A stretch of 61,820 nucleotides of DNA, the filler included, from Sphacelaria rigidula (taxonomy: Eukaryota), in the NCBI GenBank assembly GCA_964200075.2. It is 10 parts of 10 records of this genome, joined end to end, with 100 filler letters (N's around TTAATTAATTAA, not from the genome) between each part and the next. Parts side by side here need not be neighbours in the genome. Positions count along the whole stretch, not along the records: positions 1 to 6,092 come from CAXNAA020022278.1; positions 6,193 to 12,284 come from CAXNAA020022279.1; positions 12,385 to 18,476 come from CAXNAA020022280.1; 7 more parts are not named here. One strand, 5' to 3'. Of the stretch, positions 1 through 13,290 are shown one piece after another. Positions within the stretch are counted from its first letter, which is position 1. Every line of letters starts with the position of its first letter. The translations under genes were made by a program, and so were the position numbers. The notes below the pieces were generated by a model. The model ran no database searches and was not told the origin of the DNA. It saw only the letters and a program-made list of their open reading frames with translations.

Positions 1-111
1 CCATTTGGAACCAAATACAAGCGCAACGCAAGTGTGGAGGGATGTCTGACACACTTATGAGCCTCTTTTTCAGTGCAACCAAATAGCCCCCCCCCTATCG
101 TAGGATGACTC
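1..111. mobile_element. End of a GAGTCATCCTACGATAGGG-TIR MITE (Sola-like family A), truncated by the contig start
   Basis: Reverse complement of 43682-43790; ends in CCCTATCGTAGGATGACTC. Confidence 0.85.
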
Positions 112-1501
112 TTTGACGTGAACATGACAATTGATGCATAAGCTGATCGAGTTTGGCGACGAACGTTTGTGGGGCCCTCCCTTGGGTTATGCAGCGACAG
201 CTTGTTCACGTAAAAATGAAGGAAAATATCGTGGTGCCGTTTTTCCGGGGTCCCAGAATGGAGACTACTTCGAAAATCGACTTGGATCTCGTCGAACCCC
301 AGAAAAACGATGAAGTTTAAGAGGTAAAAAAAAATGTTTATAGAAGGTTGCGTGACGATACAAAGCATTTTTGCGCAAAGGTTCAGGATCTAACTGCTAA
401 CAACGGCGTGAAGGTTTGCGCGTTTGTGGGGGAGGTGGGCTTGAAATGTGCAACTCCTAACTACTTGGTTTTAGTATTAAAAACGTCTGTTGAAGCGAAT
501 TTTACGGAAAGGCAAGAAAAACTGTATGAGGTTTCCGAGTTTCTCCACCAAACTTTGAACACGTGCTCCTTGGACTCTTCCGGGACGCATCATTTCATCT
601 TTTGGGGGGGGGGGGGGGCATTCTGTACCGCCTTTCGGGGGTCTTCATACTGGGACCCCCAAAAGTCGGTAGAGAACTGAGTAACCATGGAACAATGTCA
701 AGAGTACAATTTTTCCGCTTGGAGCATCAATACCTACGGAATGGCCAAGTTTGAGGGCGATCTGAGCTTTTCTACAACACGTATAGGGGGACACCGTAAC
801 GAGGCTCCCTGAGTCTTTCGTGCGTATCATCAGTAGAAATCAGACGACGCTAACACCCAACACCACCGGAACATTACGGTTTGGGTTATAAATTCGACCC
901 CCGTGGTAACCGTTGTCGAATATGTAATTTTCGTCAGATTCCGGAGTCGATTACAGTTACAACGATCTAAAGCATTGAGAGGATGGGTGAATATTGGGCT
1001 TGGAATTCGTAATTTCGATCTCGGAACAATTTCACGGGCGCTGATTGTTCAATATACATTTTCGCCCTCACAGCGCTACCACGATGTCCTTACACAAAAA
1101 TCCGGTTACGTCACGCTCTTCAGCTGTTCATGGCGGTCAGTTTGATATCATATATGCGACTATTGGGTAGGTATGGCGAGAAGCAGTTAGTCGCTGATGA
1201 CACAATTATGGGTGATGAGCTTGAATCAGCCTGTACAACACATTCCTGTTATCAACCGCTGTCAACAACTCGGAGTATCAACATAGATATTTCCAAGAAT
1301 CTCTTGTCCCTCAACGGCCCAATCAAAGATTCATATCCAGATCTTGCTTTTCATCCGAGTCATGTGTGCCCAAGAGGTTACTGTGTCTCATCGAGGCCAG
1401 CCCCTTCAAATACCCAAACATTTCACAGCTTGTTGCGACCACGTGTTATTCCCAAGGACTCTATGCCCTCGGGTGGTGTGCGATGGCGTTGGTCAGGAGC
1501 G

Positions 1502-1504
1502 TAT

Positions 1505-1534
<30 letters not shown>
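1502..1534. repeat. (TA)n microsatellite
   Basis: Visible TA run with one interruption. Confidence 0.95.
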
Positions 1535-1535
<1 letters not shown>

Positions 1536-2101
1536 TTGAAGGCCACCACGATAAGGGCTGAATCTCGTACTCAGCGCTGGGGTCTATGTGTAAGAAAAGG
1601 TCGTGGGACCTCTGTAGTTGAATTTATTCCCTTGTTGATAAATGTATATCATACTCTCCACCCAAAGCGTAACAACCCAGAAAAATGCATTCCGCTCGCA
1701 CACCGCACACTCACGCTTACACACTGAAGTGGGGCGGGAAATCGTTCATACAAAATCATACGTCATGATCCCATCTTTTCGCCACGCGAGAAGGCGTGTG
1801 CCCCCAGTAGATATGTACTGCAAGAACTATATCGGGTATACCTCAAATAACAGAACCAGTCTCTTATTCGTACTTCCCCTGTATGTCATGATCCAATCTT
1901 GATATCCATTTCCCTTGTATCCAGGCAGACCCTGGAGCGAAAGTATAATCGAATACACGAGGCAGGCGAGCTACGGATAGTGCGGAAACCTATACTTTCC
2001 CATCCACAACGAGTCTCTTCTTTCAGTGCGGTCGCTTCCGGCAGCTTTTGACAGCTGCAAAAATCGCAGCCAATGTGACATCGTGTTGGAGTGACGTGAA
2101 T

Positions 2102-2310
2102 TGTAATGCGTGGGAGTACTACGTGCTTAGGGAACCGCATTGGAAGTAATCAGTCCTTTGGTTAGAATACGGCTTAGGGTTAGCGTTGGAGTTAGGGTCA
2201 GGGGCGTGGTCCCTGCAGTGACTGGCCGGATTGGGTTTGGAAAACGTCGATCCTGTGGTGTTTTGAACTACGATGCGCTCCTATAAGCAGCGGTCCTCCA
2301 ACGCATTACA
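2102..2310. mobile_element. Diverged copy of the TGTAATGCG...CGCATTACA MITE (family B) with degenerate TTAGGG repeats
   Basis: Aligns end to end with 4761-4987; TIRs are degenerate and no TSD is recognisable. Confidence 0.85.
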
Positions 2311-4760
2311 CCCTTCGACATACCCTGCTTTTGTTGGCTAAAAGGCGCGGGGACAAACGTGATTATTTGCTAACGAGTATACTGCTCGCACTCCTGTATA
2401 TACAACTCACTCGCTTCGCACCTGGTACCCCCCATGACCCAACAGGAACAACTACACCGTCAAGATGAGAGTCATCGTCAAATGCAAGGGGCATGGAGCA
2501 TGGAGGCGCCGTCGCTCCATGGAAAGGCCGAAGAGCATCGTTTCTCCATGAACACAGGAGTACGGGCATAGAGATTGCACAGTGCGGTCAGCGTATCACT
2601 TCCCGTCGGCTGCCGTCCGTAACGCGTGTCTTTCATGGAGCTATAGGCGCTCAACCCCGTGGAGTATTCACGTTGCGAATATTTCCGATATTTTTTGTTC
2701 AGAGACTGCTGACGCCTATGGGTATATGAGCTATATACGTTGGTGTATGTGTGTTGCGAAGTTTGGAAACAACGGGGCACAGATGAGCGTCGACGAGCTA
2801 ATAATGCTGAACGGATCGCACTCGTACCAAGCGGGCGAAGAATCAATCCATGAAAGAAAAAATGTATATGAGTACTTGAGTAGACTGACCGTTGCGATCT
2901 CAGACAACATAGACTGATTTCGTATTTGATTATCGCGTTCGCAGCAAAACTGCGGTACGACTTGTGGTGGTTCAACGGAACGATGTACCACGTAGCCGCT
3001 TCATTGAAATATGCTCGACTTCATGAAGATTGTTTCTGGGCGAATTACTACGCAGGATGTTGAAGAAGACAGCGGGCGATCGTGGTTTTTTCACAGTAGG
3101 AAACTGTCGCAAAGTAGATCAGTAACTTGCAGTAGATCTAGAGTTAGATCTGGCAAGACTAACGGCAAGTCCAACGCGTCAACAGCCAGGTGAACCACTC
3201 TATACCTTCTAGCTGGACATATGAGTTCCCAGCGGGGGGAAATTGACTTGGCTTCAAGAGTGATCGCAGTTGGAGTTTGCCGATTTCGGTTCACTACTAT
3301 TTTCACTCTCCTTGCTCTCCTTCACTTCTCTGCCTTGAGGAGAAACTATGTGTTCCGTTCTGTCTTGGCCAAATAAGCGCCCGTGAACACCATATCACGA
3401 GAGTGACGTCGCGATAGAACCCCCCTCCCCGAACAATATATATATATATATATCCAAGATGAGGGTTAAATGTATATTGCGGCTGTTTTCTGGTGTGGGT
3501 GTTGTTCGTACCGATGCTACATTCTAGGCGAGCTTCTGTCTTCCCCAGGGCAGTGTGAAGAATTACCCTCACCGTTCGTCACATGCTGCAGCACATCATT
3601 GAGTGAGGTTTCGAACACATGGCGGATACGGTTGCGGGGCGCTGAACGTGATCAATGAAGGGACACAAACAGATATGATTCGTGGGGGAGAGAAGAACAT
3701 ATCGGAGCGAACGTGGATGTGTATATCTGCTGTGTACACAGATTGCTAGTTCGATCAATCGTTGCGATATATGTTGGGTGACGTAGAATAGAGGGGCTTT
3801 TGGATGAATAACCCGAACGTGAGAGATATCGGTTGATGTTGGTGTAGTAGTTGACATGAGTGACAGCTGACTGAGTGCTGTATCTTGAGGCGGATGATGC
3901 TTGGGGTCTTGGAACACGATCATGTACAACGGGGCGTTTGGATCGGTATAGACATGGCACAAGTGCCCCCACAGGTCACTGTTCTCCCAAGGCAGGATAG
4001 GTGCTAATATGAAGCATTTTCATCAGGGTCAGGGGTTCAACTACGGAATAAAGAGTCATCACACAAAATCTTGTGTGTCACAAAGCTACTTCGAGCTCCC
4101 AATGCGTGCATACCTATCGTTCAACTCTTATCGTTTCACGTTATACAACATCCAAAAGCTACCACTACGTACTTGTTCCCGACGCGACACAGTTGGTGCA
4201 CAGTTGATCCACTGGGCGCTCAATTGTTCGCCCGATATATTCACTCTTCGCACTCGCTGGTCTGTATCCAGAAACAACTCAGCAACTGCAATCCCTATAA
4301 CATAACATATATATGCCTCTCATGGGTGAAGCACTTGCAGGCCATGATAAAGGGCAAAAGTGCTGCACCCACACCTTCTCCCGTACCACAAAACGTGTAG
4401 ACCAAACCATCCGAAACGTTGAAAGATGCGGGCACATTAAGGTGCACAGGCACGTTTACCAGGCCAGATGCAGAGGGCACTACCATCACCAGTCGAGTGT
4501 AAAACGTCGTCACGGCAGATCTTACAAATAAAAAGTATGGACATTCCATTGGAACGAGGATTATTACTTCCATTACTGTTATAATGCCTCCTACGAAAAA
4601 CTTTTTTTTTCAGATTTCGTTCACGTTCAGCTTCATCGTCGAAAATCATGTACAGGCAGTCCGCCAAGGTGTTTTTCTCTGCACAGCACCGAGTTGGCAC
4701 TGATGGTCGCAAACCTCACTCATCAGTATAAGCCGACAATGAATACCCGTCGGTAGACAT

Positions 4761-4987
4761 TGTCATGCGTGAGAGGACCGCGTGCTTAGAGGACCGCGTG
4801 CTTAGAGGACCGCTTCGGAGATTGAACATCCCCATGGTTAGGGTTAGGGTTAGGGTTAGTGTTGGGGTTATGGTCAGGGGCGTGGTACCTGCAGGGACAG
4901 GCCCGATTGGTTTTGAAAAACATCGATCCTTCGGTGTTTTGAACTACGGCGCAGTCCTCTAAGCACGCGGTCCTCTCACGCATTACA
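4761..4987. mobile_element. MITE family B: ~34-bp TIRs (TGT...ACA) and internal (TTAGGG)3 plus degenerate repeats
   Basis: TIRs TGTCATGCGTGAGAGGACCGCGTGCTTAGAGGAC and GTCCTCTAAGCACGCGGTCCTCTCACGCATTACA; near-TSD GACAT/GAGAT; an AGAGGACCGCGTGCTT unit is duplicated in the left TIR. Confidence 0.9.
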
Positions 4988-6092
4988 GAGATAACACTTC
5001 TCATGGGGAGAAGACATTGAAAACAAAAATACGCATGATACCAATAATAATCAACCCGTTCGAGGTGAGTTATCTTTGGTTCATATCAGCGTATGTATTA
5101 CGTGTTGACTAGTGCAACCGGCTGACGGTCCAGCCAGATAGTAACACGATCCACCTACTCGACGACTACGGGACAGCCGGTCGAAGCGAGTGGTTGACTC
5201 TCAGTATCGTCGTGAGAAACGTAGGCGGGAGACACGCAACCATCGAAGATACATCGGAGGCGGGTAGCCCGATACCTTTCTGAACCACGACAAGCACGTC
5301 GAGGGAGGGGGTCAACGTGGTCCGCTCCCTTAATGATTGCCCGTTCAGACGAAAAGCGAGAGCGTGCGCACACAAAAGGGAGGATGAACTCCAGCTGGGC
5401 ATACTGTCACGACAGTTTGCTATCAACAAACCCTGAAAATACATACTTCACCACCACACCAATTTTCGGGGCGATTGACCGCAGGTGCTACCTGGTAATG
5501 TGAGTCAAAAGAGGAAAATGGCGGACTCACTGTAGACTGTAAGAAATACCGAAACAGCGAAGCTGAACAACAATCAATTCCAAAACAATTATTTCCTCAA
5601 ACATGATACAAAATAGTGATACATGACCACGATCACCCTGCAATATGCTACGAGTTTCAAAAACAGAATTCATCAAGCATTCAACACACAACACCGCCCG
5701 GGGCGGCCATGCCTTACTTTGAGGAATCAAGTTCACACAAGAGTAATACCGACATAGCCCTCCCCACCAAAAGTGCACCGGAGACCATCCTACAAACCGG
5801 AAATTGACGTGTTTTTACTGGAGATCGATCTAGTCTTTTGGGGCCTTTTTGTTGGTTTGATATATTCGTTTAGTGCTCACTACTGCTTTTTCGACTAGAT
5901 TTCCCGATAGTATTCACTTGTGGCTGGTTTCGAAATCGGTTTAGTCGCGTAGAACAACGATTTCGTGAGATTGAGAGTAGAACGCTTATTGAGATTGGGT
6001 TCAATACTTACTTTAACTTGTGTGGGAGATATCCTTTGCAGTGACATATCAGAGACTGATGTCACACATGTATACAGACCCAGTGCAAGCAG

Positions 6093-6192
6093 NNNNNNNN
6101 NNNNNNNNNNNNNNNNNNNNNNNNNNNNNNNNNNNNTTAATTAATTAANNNNNNNNNNNNNNNNNNNNNNNNNNNNNNNNNNNNNNNNNNNN
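6093..6192. other. Artificial contig spacer N44-TTAATTAATTAA-N44; repeated at 12285-12384, 18477-18576, 24669-24768, 30861-30960, 37053-37152, 43245-43344, 49437-49536 and 55629-55728
   Basis: Identical 100-bp linker with stops in all six frames, at an exact 6192-bp period; 10x6092 + 9x100 = 61820. Confidence 0.99.
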
Positions 6193-6258
6193 GAGGTCAA
6201 TGGTCTTATGACTATGGCATGCATGATCATGAGTACACCCCCCCCCCACCCCCACCCC
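6193..6258 (+). mobile_element. 3' end of a retroposon (LINE-tail/SINE-like family D2) ending ATGAGTACA-oligo(C)
   Basis: Matches 51925-51981 and the reverse complement of 40982-41040. Confidence 0.7.
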
Positions 6259-9200
6259 GTCGAATCCCCTGGTCTCTGCGATAATGTTTTGAGACGAAGC
6301 TGGCTGTCAAACGGTTCAGATCACTAGAGTATCTCGACAGCTACTGTCTTGCTCACAGTAACAACTTTTGCTATTTGAAAGGGCTTGGCAGAGATCTGTC
6401 GGCTGCACATCCTGCCATATATCACTGCAACTTTTTCATGTACAGTAGTACGCGCGGTTATCCGCAAACGATGTTGATATACAGCAAATAAATCGAGTTT
6501 AAACGATGCAGTAAGCGGGGAATCTTTTAACTCTAGGCAACTGTAGTATGATTATTGTCTTGTATCACTTACCTACCAAGACTTCGGCTGCCCCAAAAGC
6601 AGCTGCCGAGGTAATAAGGGATCGAATGCTGTGCCTCTTGGAGATGTTATTAATCACGAGAAAGAGTAACGGCTCTTTCATCGCACCAGGATTCTCGGTT
6701 GAAAAGCCACAAGGACTACCCCTGCCTCATCGGTTCTTGATTTTCATCGACACCCTCGACTATTGTAGGAGAATTCCCGTTGGTCCTTCAGAGGTTTTCA
6801 GATTTACACTGGGTGTACTAAAGACCTCGGAAAAAATGATACCAGTTTTAACCGGCCATCATCATTAGAATGGTAACAATGGCAAAATATTTATGAAATA
6901 TTTCGATAATAGTTTCAAAACATCCTTTACCGTTACCGTCTCAATCAAGCTGAACGCATCCATCTGCACCGCCAATTTGCGTCCAATGTTCGTCGCATCT
7001 TGTAGTGGCAGATAGGGTCAACAACCGTGAGTGCTATACCTCACCCAAGTCGCCTCAAAATGACTATTTATTTAGTGTTTCTTGATGTAAAGAAAAATAT
7101 CTACGACCGCCGGAGGGGGGAGGAGGGAGGGGGAGGGGGTACATAGGGCCTCGGGCTTTGGGGTGGGGGCACTCTCCTGGCAAAGCATTCATTTGATGAA
7201 AGCACATACATACACTACTGCCTTTAGAAAGCAGACAAGAAATGCGAAGCGAACCAATATCTCCGTAAAATCATAAGCATGTATACATATAGTATACAAA
7301 TACATATGCATGTATATAACGCCATGATAATATTAGTTGCGGCTTACATGCAACGTTGATTCTTTCCGTTGTTTTAGTATCATACAGCACTGATGTTCTA
7401 TTATTAATATTGTGTCTGTCAAGTGTGTTGAAAAAAAACTGCAGTACGAGAACACGACCCAAGGAGGAGTTGAATCAATTTAATTATTTGGGTGGAGATC
7501 ACCATACGAGTTCGGGCGCGGAGCCCACACAGCAAACGCAAGGAGGAAGGGTCAGAGGAAATACACCAGCATAGGCAGCATCCACCGGATGCCCCAAGGT
7601 GAGCCAACGACAACTGAACACCCTATACATATAGTTACTAAGTTGGAGCGTCTGATGCTGACTACGTGCTGATAGTCTGCAGCACGAGCAGTTGATACAG
7701 ACAACAGCAGCCGCGCTTTTTCATTTTTGACAAAAAAATCCAACCCAAGACCGACCCCCAGTAGGCGAGAAGCGGAGGTGGTTGCCCACATGAACGATCG
7801 TGCGAGTTTTTTCGTTCACGTGATATCTACTGGAAATTAACAACCGCACTGCGATGGTATGGGTACACCATAGATTGAGGTAAGAAACGTAGACTTGGGC
7901 ATGGTGTATCTTGAGGCTATTCCATCGACACACCGACGATGACAGTTCAGCGTCGTTCTCGCGTCCTCCGCTTTATCGTGAGAGGATGCCCAGAAGCACG
8001 GCTTTCACCAGCTTTCGCCTTTTGCGTCAAATCCACCATCACATGTACCCGAGTATTGACGATGGAAGCAAGACACTGGCTCACCGTCTACGCATGAGCT
8101 GTACTGCGTGGTTCCATATGACAGTCCCTAGTACTTCCTGCATAAGTATTACGCATGCATTGTGGGTTGCTCTGTGTGCGTGTCCTTGTGTCTGTGTCCT
8201 TGTATCTGTGTGTCTTTAGCCATCACGATGAAACCGCTGTTGGGCTACAATGCAACGTACGGACACACACCACACCGTGTGGAGGTGTGGTCCACTTTGT
8301 TTTAGCCTAGTTCCCCTGTCGATCCCTGGGATCTGATGATTCTTTTTCGCACCGCATATGATTTGTAGAGAATTCACCGTTGTTGGCGGCTGGCTTTATT
8401 TGCCATGGCATTAGCAGCGGCTTGCAAGTTCTGTTCGACCTGATAATGCCCGGGGCACGCCAGTGACCGATAGCTGATAATCTTGACCCGAACAACTAGT
8501 GATCAGGAGAACGCGTATGTATGCGATGATGTATGCATACGTGTGCCACGTCTTGGTACGTTTTGAAAACCCAAGATGGCGGGTATTTTTGGTGTGTATT
8601 GGCTTTTCTGAAGAGTCAACAGTGGAGAGTGGTCCGATGGAATTTCGCGTCATAGAAACTACAACCATGCCTGTCAATATTGACACGACAAAGACACGCA
8701 TGATCTATGCACTACAGCAGAGAATGGAAGCTTCACTTGTGTTCTGCAGTGTGCGGTGCCCTAAGCAGTAGTTCGACGCGGTGACATTCCCACGCTGACT
8801 GCACTGTCTGTTTGCAGCTCGCTCATTCTCGTTGCGTACGTGTCGTGACGCCCTGCATTGTTCTTGTGAAGGTACTGACTGTACAACAGGACAGTAAACT
8901 GTTGTATACTGAAGTGTGTGACAAATGTAGAGCCAAATACTGTAAACTACGGAGAATCCGGTCATGCCCGTCTGCCACGTACGCGACATTTGTCGCAACA
9001 CCGGCAGCATTCATTCCAGATTTGTATACTCATCCTTCCTTACACACGTGATCCGCAGTCAGCGCGCGACCGGTATGCGAAGTACTATCTAAAGTGCAGT
9101 GTGGATATGTCACACAGCAAGCACTCTGTCCAGATGGCGCCTCATGATTACTCTCTGTGGAAACAATCGCGTGATGGGTCTTTTTTTATCTTTGTTTCCA

Positions 9201-11340
9201 GGATCAGTATTTTACCCCTTTTTTCGCCCCTGTTCCGTGTATGCGGATGTGATTCGTTTTATGACGAACAACCCCTCGATGGGTCCTGCCGCCACCAATA
9301 ATCACCCGCTGCATAGTTAGCAGCAATTGGTTTGAAGTATAGCTCTCCCAAAGTTATCGGATTGACTCTGGGCTCTAGTCTACTCCAGTCACTCGTACCA
9401 ACCTCAATCTCTCCATCATTCATTATCTATCCCTTTCGTCGGAGAGGTTTTGGATGCTTGGCCGGTCGACAACGGCCAACTAGCCGACGTCATCGTTACG
9501 CCAGTTTTTTCGTACGTTGTTTGCTTCTTCACCTAACCTCTTGGTGCTTCGACGTTGTTTTCTCCCGGTCTGCACAACTAGCAAGCGACTAACGCATACG
9601 GCACTGCTATGTTTATACTTCATAGCACTGCACCTTGCTGTGCTATGCTGTGCGCATCACGCCTTGGCTGCTAGACTCGCATATACACGTGTGTAGAAGG
9701 AGGCTGGTCTGTTTTTACTCCAAATTATGTGCTGTGGATGGTGGACGGTTTAGTTGTCTTTTTTTCGTCGTTGTTTCGTTGGTGACGTCAGACCCACGTA
9801 TGATGCGGTGTTCCTACTGATACGGGAGTTGATTGATTATTGTACACTTCCTCACTTCTTACACACGAAGGACTCGCATCATATTCCACTAGGGTGTAAC
9901 ACCCTGGCTAAGAAGTTCTTCGGCCTCCGTTTCCCAGAGTAAAGAGAACCTACGCCCTCAAAAGGCTCGCCTTGTTCACAGACTGTTGACGGGTCTTTCA
10001 CGGACAAGTTCATGAGCGCAACCGCAGCTCTTCAGAGAGTCGAGCTTGGAAAAACTATCCGCTTCCAGAACATTCCCTGTACTCCTGATCTCCAGTACAG
10101 GTGCGGTGCTGAGTGGTGCGATACCGAGTACCAGTATAGTTCATCATATAATAGTGTGACCGGGCGTACAAGCACACAGCACCGACGCAGCGGCGGGTCA
10201 TTTCACGCGCACATTACGGTGCAATTAACATGTAACACGCGATGGTCCACCACGCTTTCCTTAAAAGCTGCCCCATGCCGCGAGTTCTACGAGAACTGTC
10301 GGACGTCTGTGGTTCGATATACTGCACGGTGTACGGTGTGGTGCTCTAATGTAACTGTATACTTGAATTAAACACTGCCGTGGTACTGGACGGTTCGTAC
10401 CGTGCTGGCTAGCGACGTGTTCTACTACCCCGCTACAATGCGCAAGATGGGTCTCTTGCTCCGTTCATAGTCGGCGCCAGATAACATAATCGCTTACTTC
10501 AAAAACGCTACAGTTCAGTATATGCAACTGTTCCAACGGTTGGTGCAGCGTTGAGAGCATTAACCCCGGCTCCAACCCTGCAAGAGTGCACGGACAGCTG
10601 AATTTTTGAGAGGCGTGGTTTGAAGCTATGATTTGGGGGTACCGCCATAAAGCGGTCATCACCTGTGGCCCCACCGGTTTATGGTCTTCTAATATCAAGT
10701 AATTCTACCAGTACAGAGCGCGGTCCCAGTATAGTGATGCTGCAACCCCCGCTGACTGTACAGCGTACAGTCAGTCAGTTGATCACGACCCTTCATGGCT
10801 GACTGTCGGAGCACGGGAAAAAATCCTGCACATCTACGTGCCCATTTTTTTCATTTTGGACCTCTCGGGAGGGGGTTAGGATACCGGGCCGTCATCTCTT
10901 CCCCCCCCCCCCCCCCCCCAACACCGAAAAAATTCTTACAAAAACTAGCATATAAAAAATCCCATTAAAAAAAATGAAGGACCGGGAGGGAGAGTANNNN
11001 NNNNNGCCCCTTTTTTTTTTTTTGGCCCCCCCGGGGGGGGGTTAGGATACCGGGCCCTCATCTCTTCCCCCCCCCCCCCCCCTCCAAACGCCGAACAAAC
11101 TCCTACAAAACCGATCCTATACTAAATCCTGTACAAAATGAGGCAGCGTCGGAGGTGGAGTACCCCCCCCTGATGCGTGTGTGGGGGGCAGAGAAAACAT
11201 GCTAGACAAGAGAAGATATAAAATACAGTGAGGGGATCAGGAAAAAGAATAGGAAGAACAAAAGGAAGAAATAACATATAAATCAGATAATGAACAAAAA
11301 TACAAAAAGTTATATAAACAAAATGCGAAAAGAATGATTC

Positions 11341-11477
11341 GGTTGGTGGGTTGGGTCGGATTATTGGTTCTTGAACAAGGGGAAAACAACATATTGTGTG
11401 GTAGTCACCAATCCAATATTGTTGTCTCTACCTTGTCCAAAAAAAAAAATACAACCTACCATCCAACCAACCAACCA
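11341..11477. repeat. Imperfect inverted repeat (hairpin) in an AT-rich island
   Basis: Left arm GGTTGGTGGGTTGG...ACAAGGGGAAAACAACATATTG; right arm CAATATTGTTGTCTCTACCTTGT...CCAACCAACCAACC. Confidence 0.6.
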
Positions 11478-12207
11478 TCTTATCCCCAAACAATAATTAA
11501 TTAATTAATTACATGTATTCTAAACAATAATTTTATTTATTATATATTGTATTTCATATAGAAAAGGTGAAAAATAATGTTTCGTTTTTGGACAAGGGGA
11601 AACAGTAAATAAATGTAGGAAAAAACGAAGAGAAAAATGAAATACAACGGGGATATCAAAAATAAACGGTGAATTAGTGAATACATGCGTAATGAATACG
11701 AGTAAATAAGACAAGAACCAAGGCTCACTTCAGTACGCCTCTCTGAGGTATGTGACGCTCACCGCGGTATCCAGCCATCACGGTAATCCGCCGTGAATTT
11801 TGGACGATAAGTGATGGCCTTGGTACTCATCGCTGAAGAAAACAGCCACCTTGAGGAGATTATCCTCGAAAAAGAGTACACAGTGTTCTATACTAAATCC
11901 TACTACGTAGTACTACCTAGTATATAATATTATCTCTTTTCGAAAACTGATCGCATACTGAATTATTTGAAACACTGTACTCACAACCACCATCGTAGGC
12001 TCATCATGAGTCCCTTCCGTCATTACCGATTTGGAGAAGCTTTGACGCATGTTGTGGCTGTTTTCTGTGACTTTTGTCGAAAGGTTGCTGCCGTAGAAGA
12101 TTATCGTCTGCAACCAAGACCATCAAATAAGCCCAAGCCAACCCACAGCAGCATGCAGGTGTTTCCAACAAGTAGATATTTACCACGGGTTCGAAGTTCG
12201 AAGGGTA

Positions 12208-12284
12208 ACGTGCATGCCATAGTCATCAGACCATTGACCTCGCATCCCGTCAAAGCCGGGACGGAGCACGCCGGGTTTTCGCCG
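12208..12284 (-). mobile_element. Family D2 retroposon fragment
   Basis: Reverse complement of 51885-51957. Confidence 0.7.
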
Positions 12285-12384
12285 NNNNNNNNNNNNNNNN
12301 NNNNNNNNNNNNNNNNNNNNNNNNNNNNTTAATTAATTAANNNNNNNNNNNNNNNNNNNNNNNNNNNNNNNNNNNNNNNNNNNN

Positions 12385-12437
12385 TTCGAGCAACAAATGG
12401 CCCAAAATCCCCCCCCCCCCCTATCGTAGGATGACTC
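12385..12437. mobile_element. Family A MITE end, abutting and truncating the Gypsy RT
   Basis: Nearly identical to 43856-43908. Confidence 0.85.
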
Positions 12438-13290
12438 GTAGGCGAGAGAGAAATTCTCGTAGAGTGCGGTTATGTTCAATAGGTGAGGCATCGAAAGCGA
12501 TAGCGTCATCTAGGTACATGATGATGTGCTCGAGGCCCTCGGTGACGCGTTGCATCAAGCGTTGAGAGCATCCCGGGGCAGCGGCGGCGGCTTGTGGCAT
12601 TCGAAGCCACTCGTAGAGTCCGGACGAGGTACAAAACGCCGTCAGTGGGACTGCGTCAGGGTGTATAGCATTCTGAAAAAATCCAGAAGCGAGGTCCAAA
12701 GTGCGGAATATTTTTCCTTCGCCTAAGGAGTCGAAGACTTCATCAATGCGGGGAATTGGAAGTTTACCGAGCACAGTGACGCGATTCAACCGTTGGTAAT
12801 TCACGGTTATGCGTATGTTTTCATCTTTTTGGGGGACAACCACAAGGGGCGAGGCCCAAGGGGAGGAGGAGTGTTGTATTAGTCTCGCTCCCAAATACGC
12901 ATCCAAGATGGCGTTAACCTTCTTGGTAAGGATTGGGTTTGTTCGGCATGGTCGAGAAGAGATCGGCGAGACGCCGGGTCGGAGGGTAACCTTAGAGGGC
13001 AGCGTTTTGCAATGCCCAAGATCCGTCTTGGATCGGGAAAATCGGTCTTGGTACTGTAGAAGGACATTCTCGGATGACTGCCGGTTCCCAGCTGGGCCCA
13101 TGAAGGTCAACTTTGATGTCGCGCATGTGTGGCGGCAGTTGGTGCCACATTTGCAAGAAAATATTCCGAGAATCTGGTGATAAGCGTTGAAGCACTTCAG
13201 CAGGAGGATCGGAATTTGACTGGGCAGGATCCACGGTGTGAACCTGGGGTGGAGTCGCAGAGGCAAGGTCGAAATAAGGCTCATCGACAC
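12438..13290 (-). pseudogene. Gypsy reverse transcriptase fragment
   Basis: SSPWASPLVVV, VNYQRLN, LPIPRIDE, TLDLASGFFQ, GLYEWLRMP, MYLDDAI. Confidence 0.93.

Noticed and set aside
4838..4860. (TTAGGG)n as a true chromosome end
   Set aside because: Short, internal and enclosed by MITE TIRs.
10870..11165. Direct duplication flanking a short N gap; similar case at 54200-54440
   Set aside because: Both copies sit beside G/C homopolymers and a gap, so this is most likely low-quality read overlap or a scaffolding artefact.
11494..11510. TTAATTAATTAA outside an N run
   Set aside because: No flanking Ns; a natural (AATT)n run in an AT-rich tract, not a spacer.
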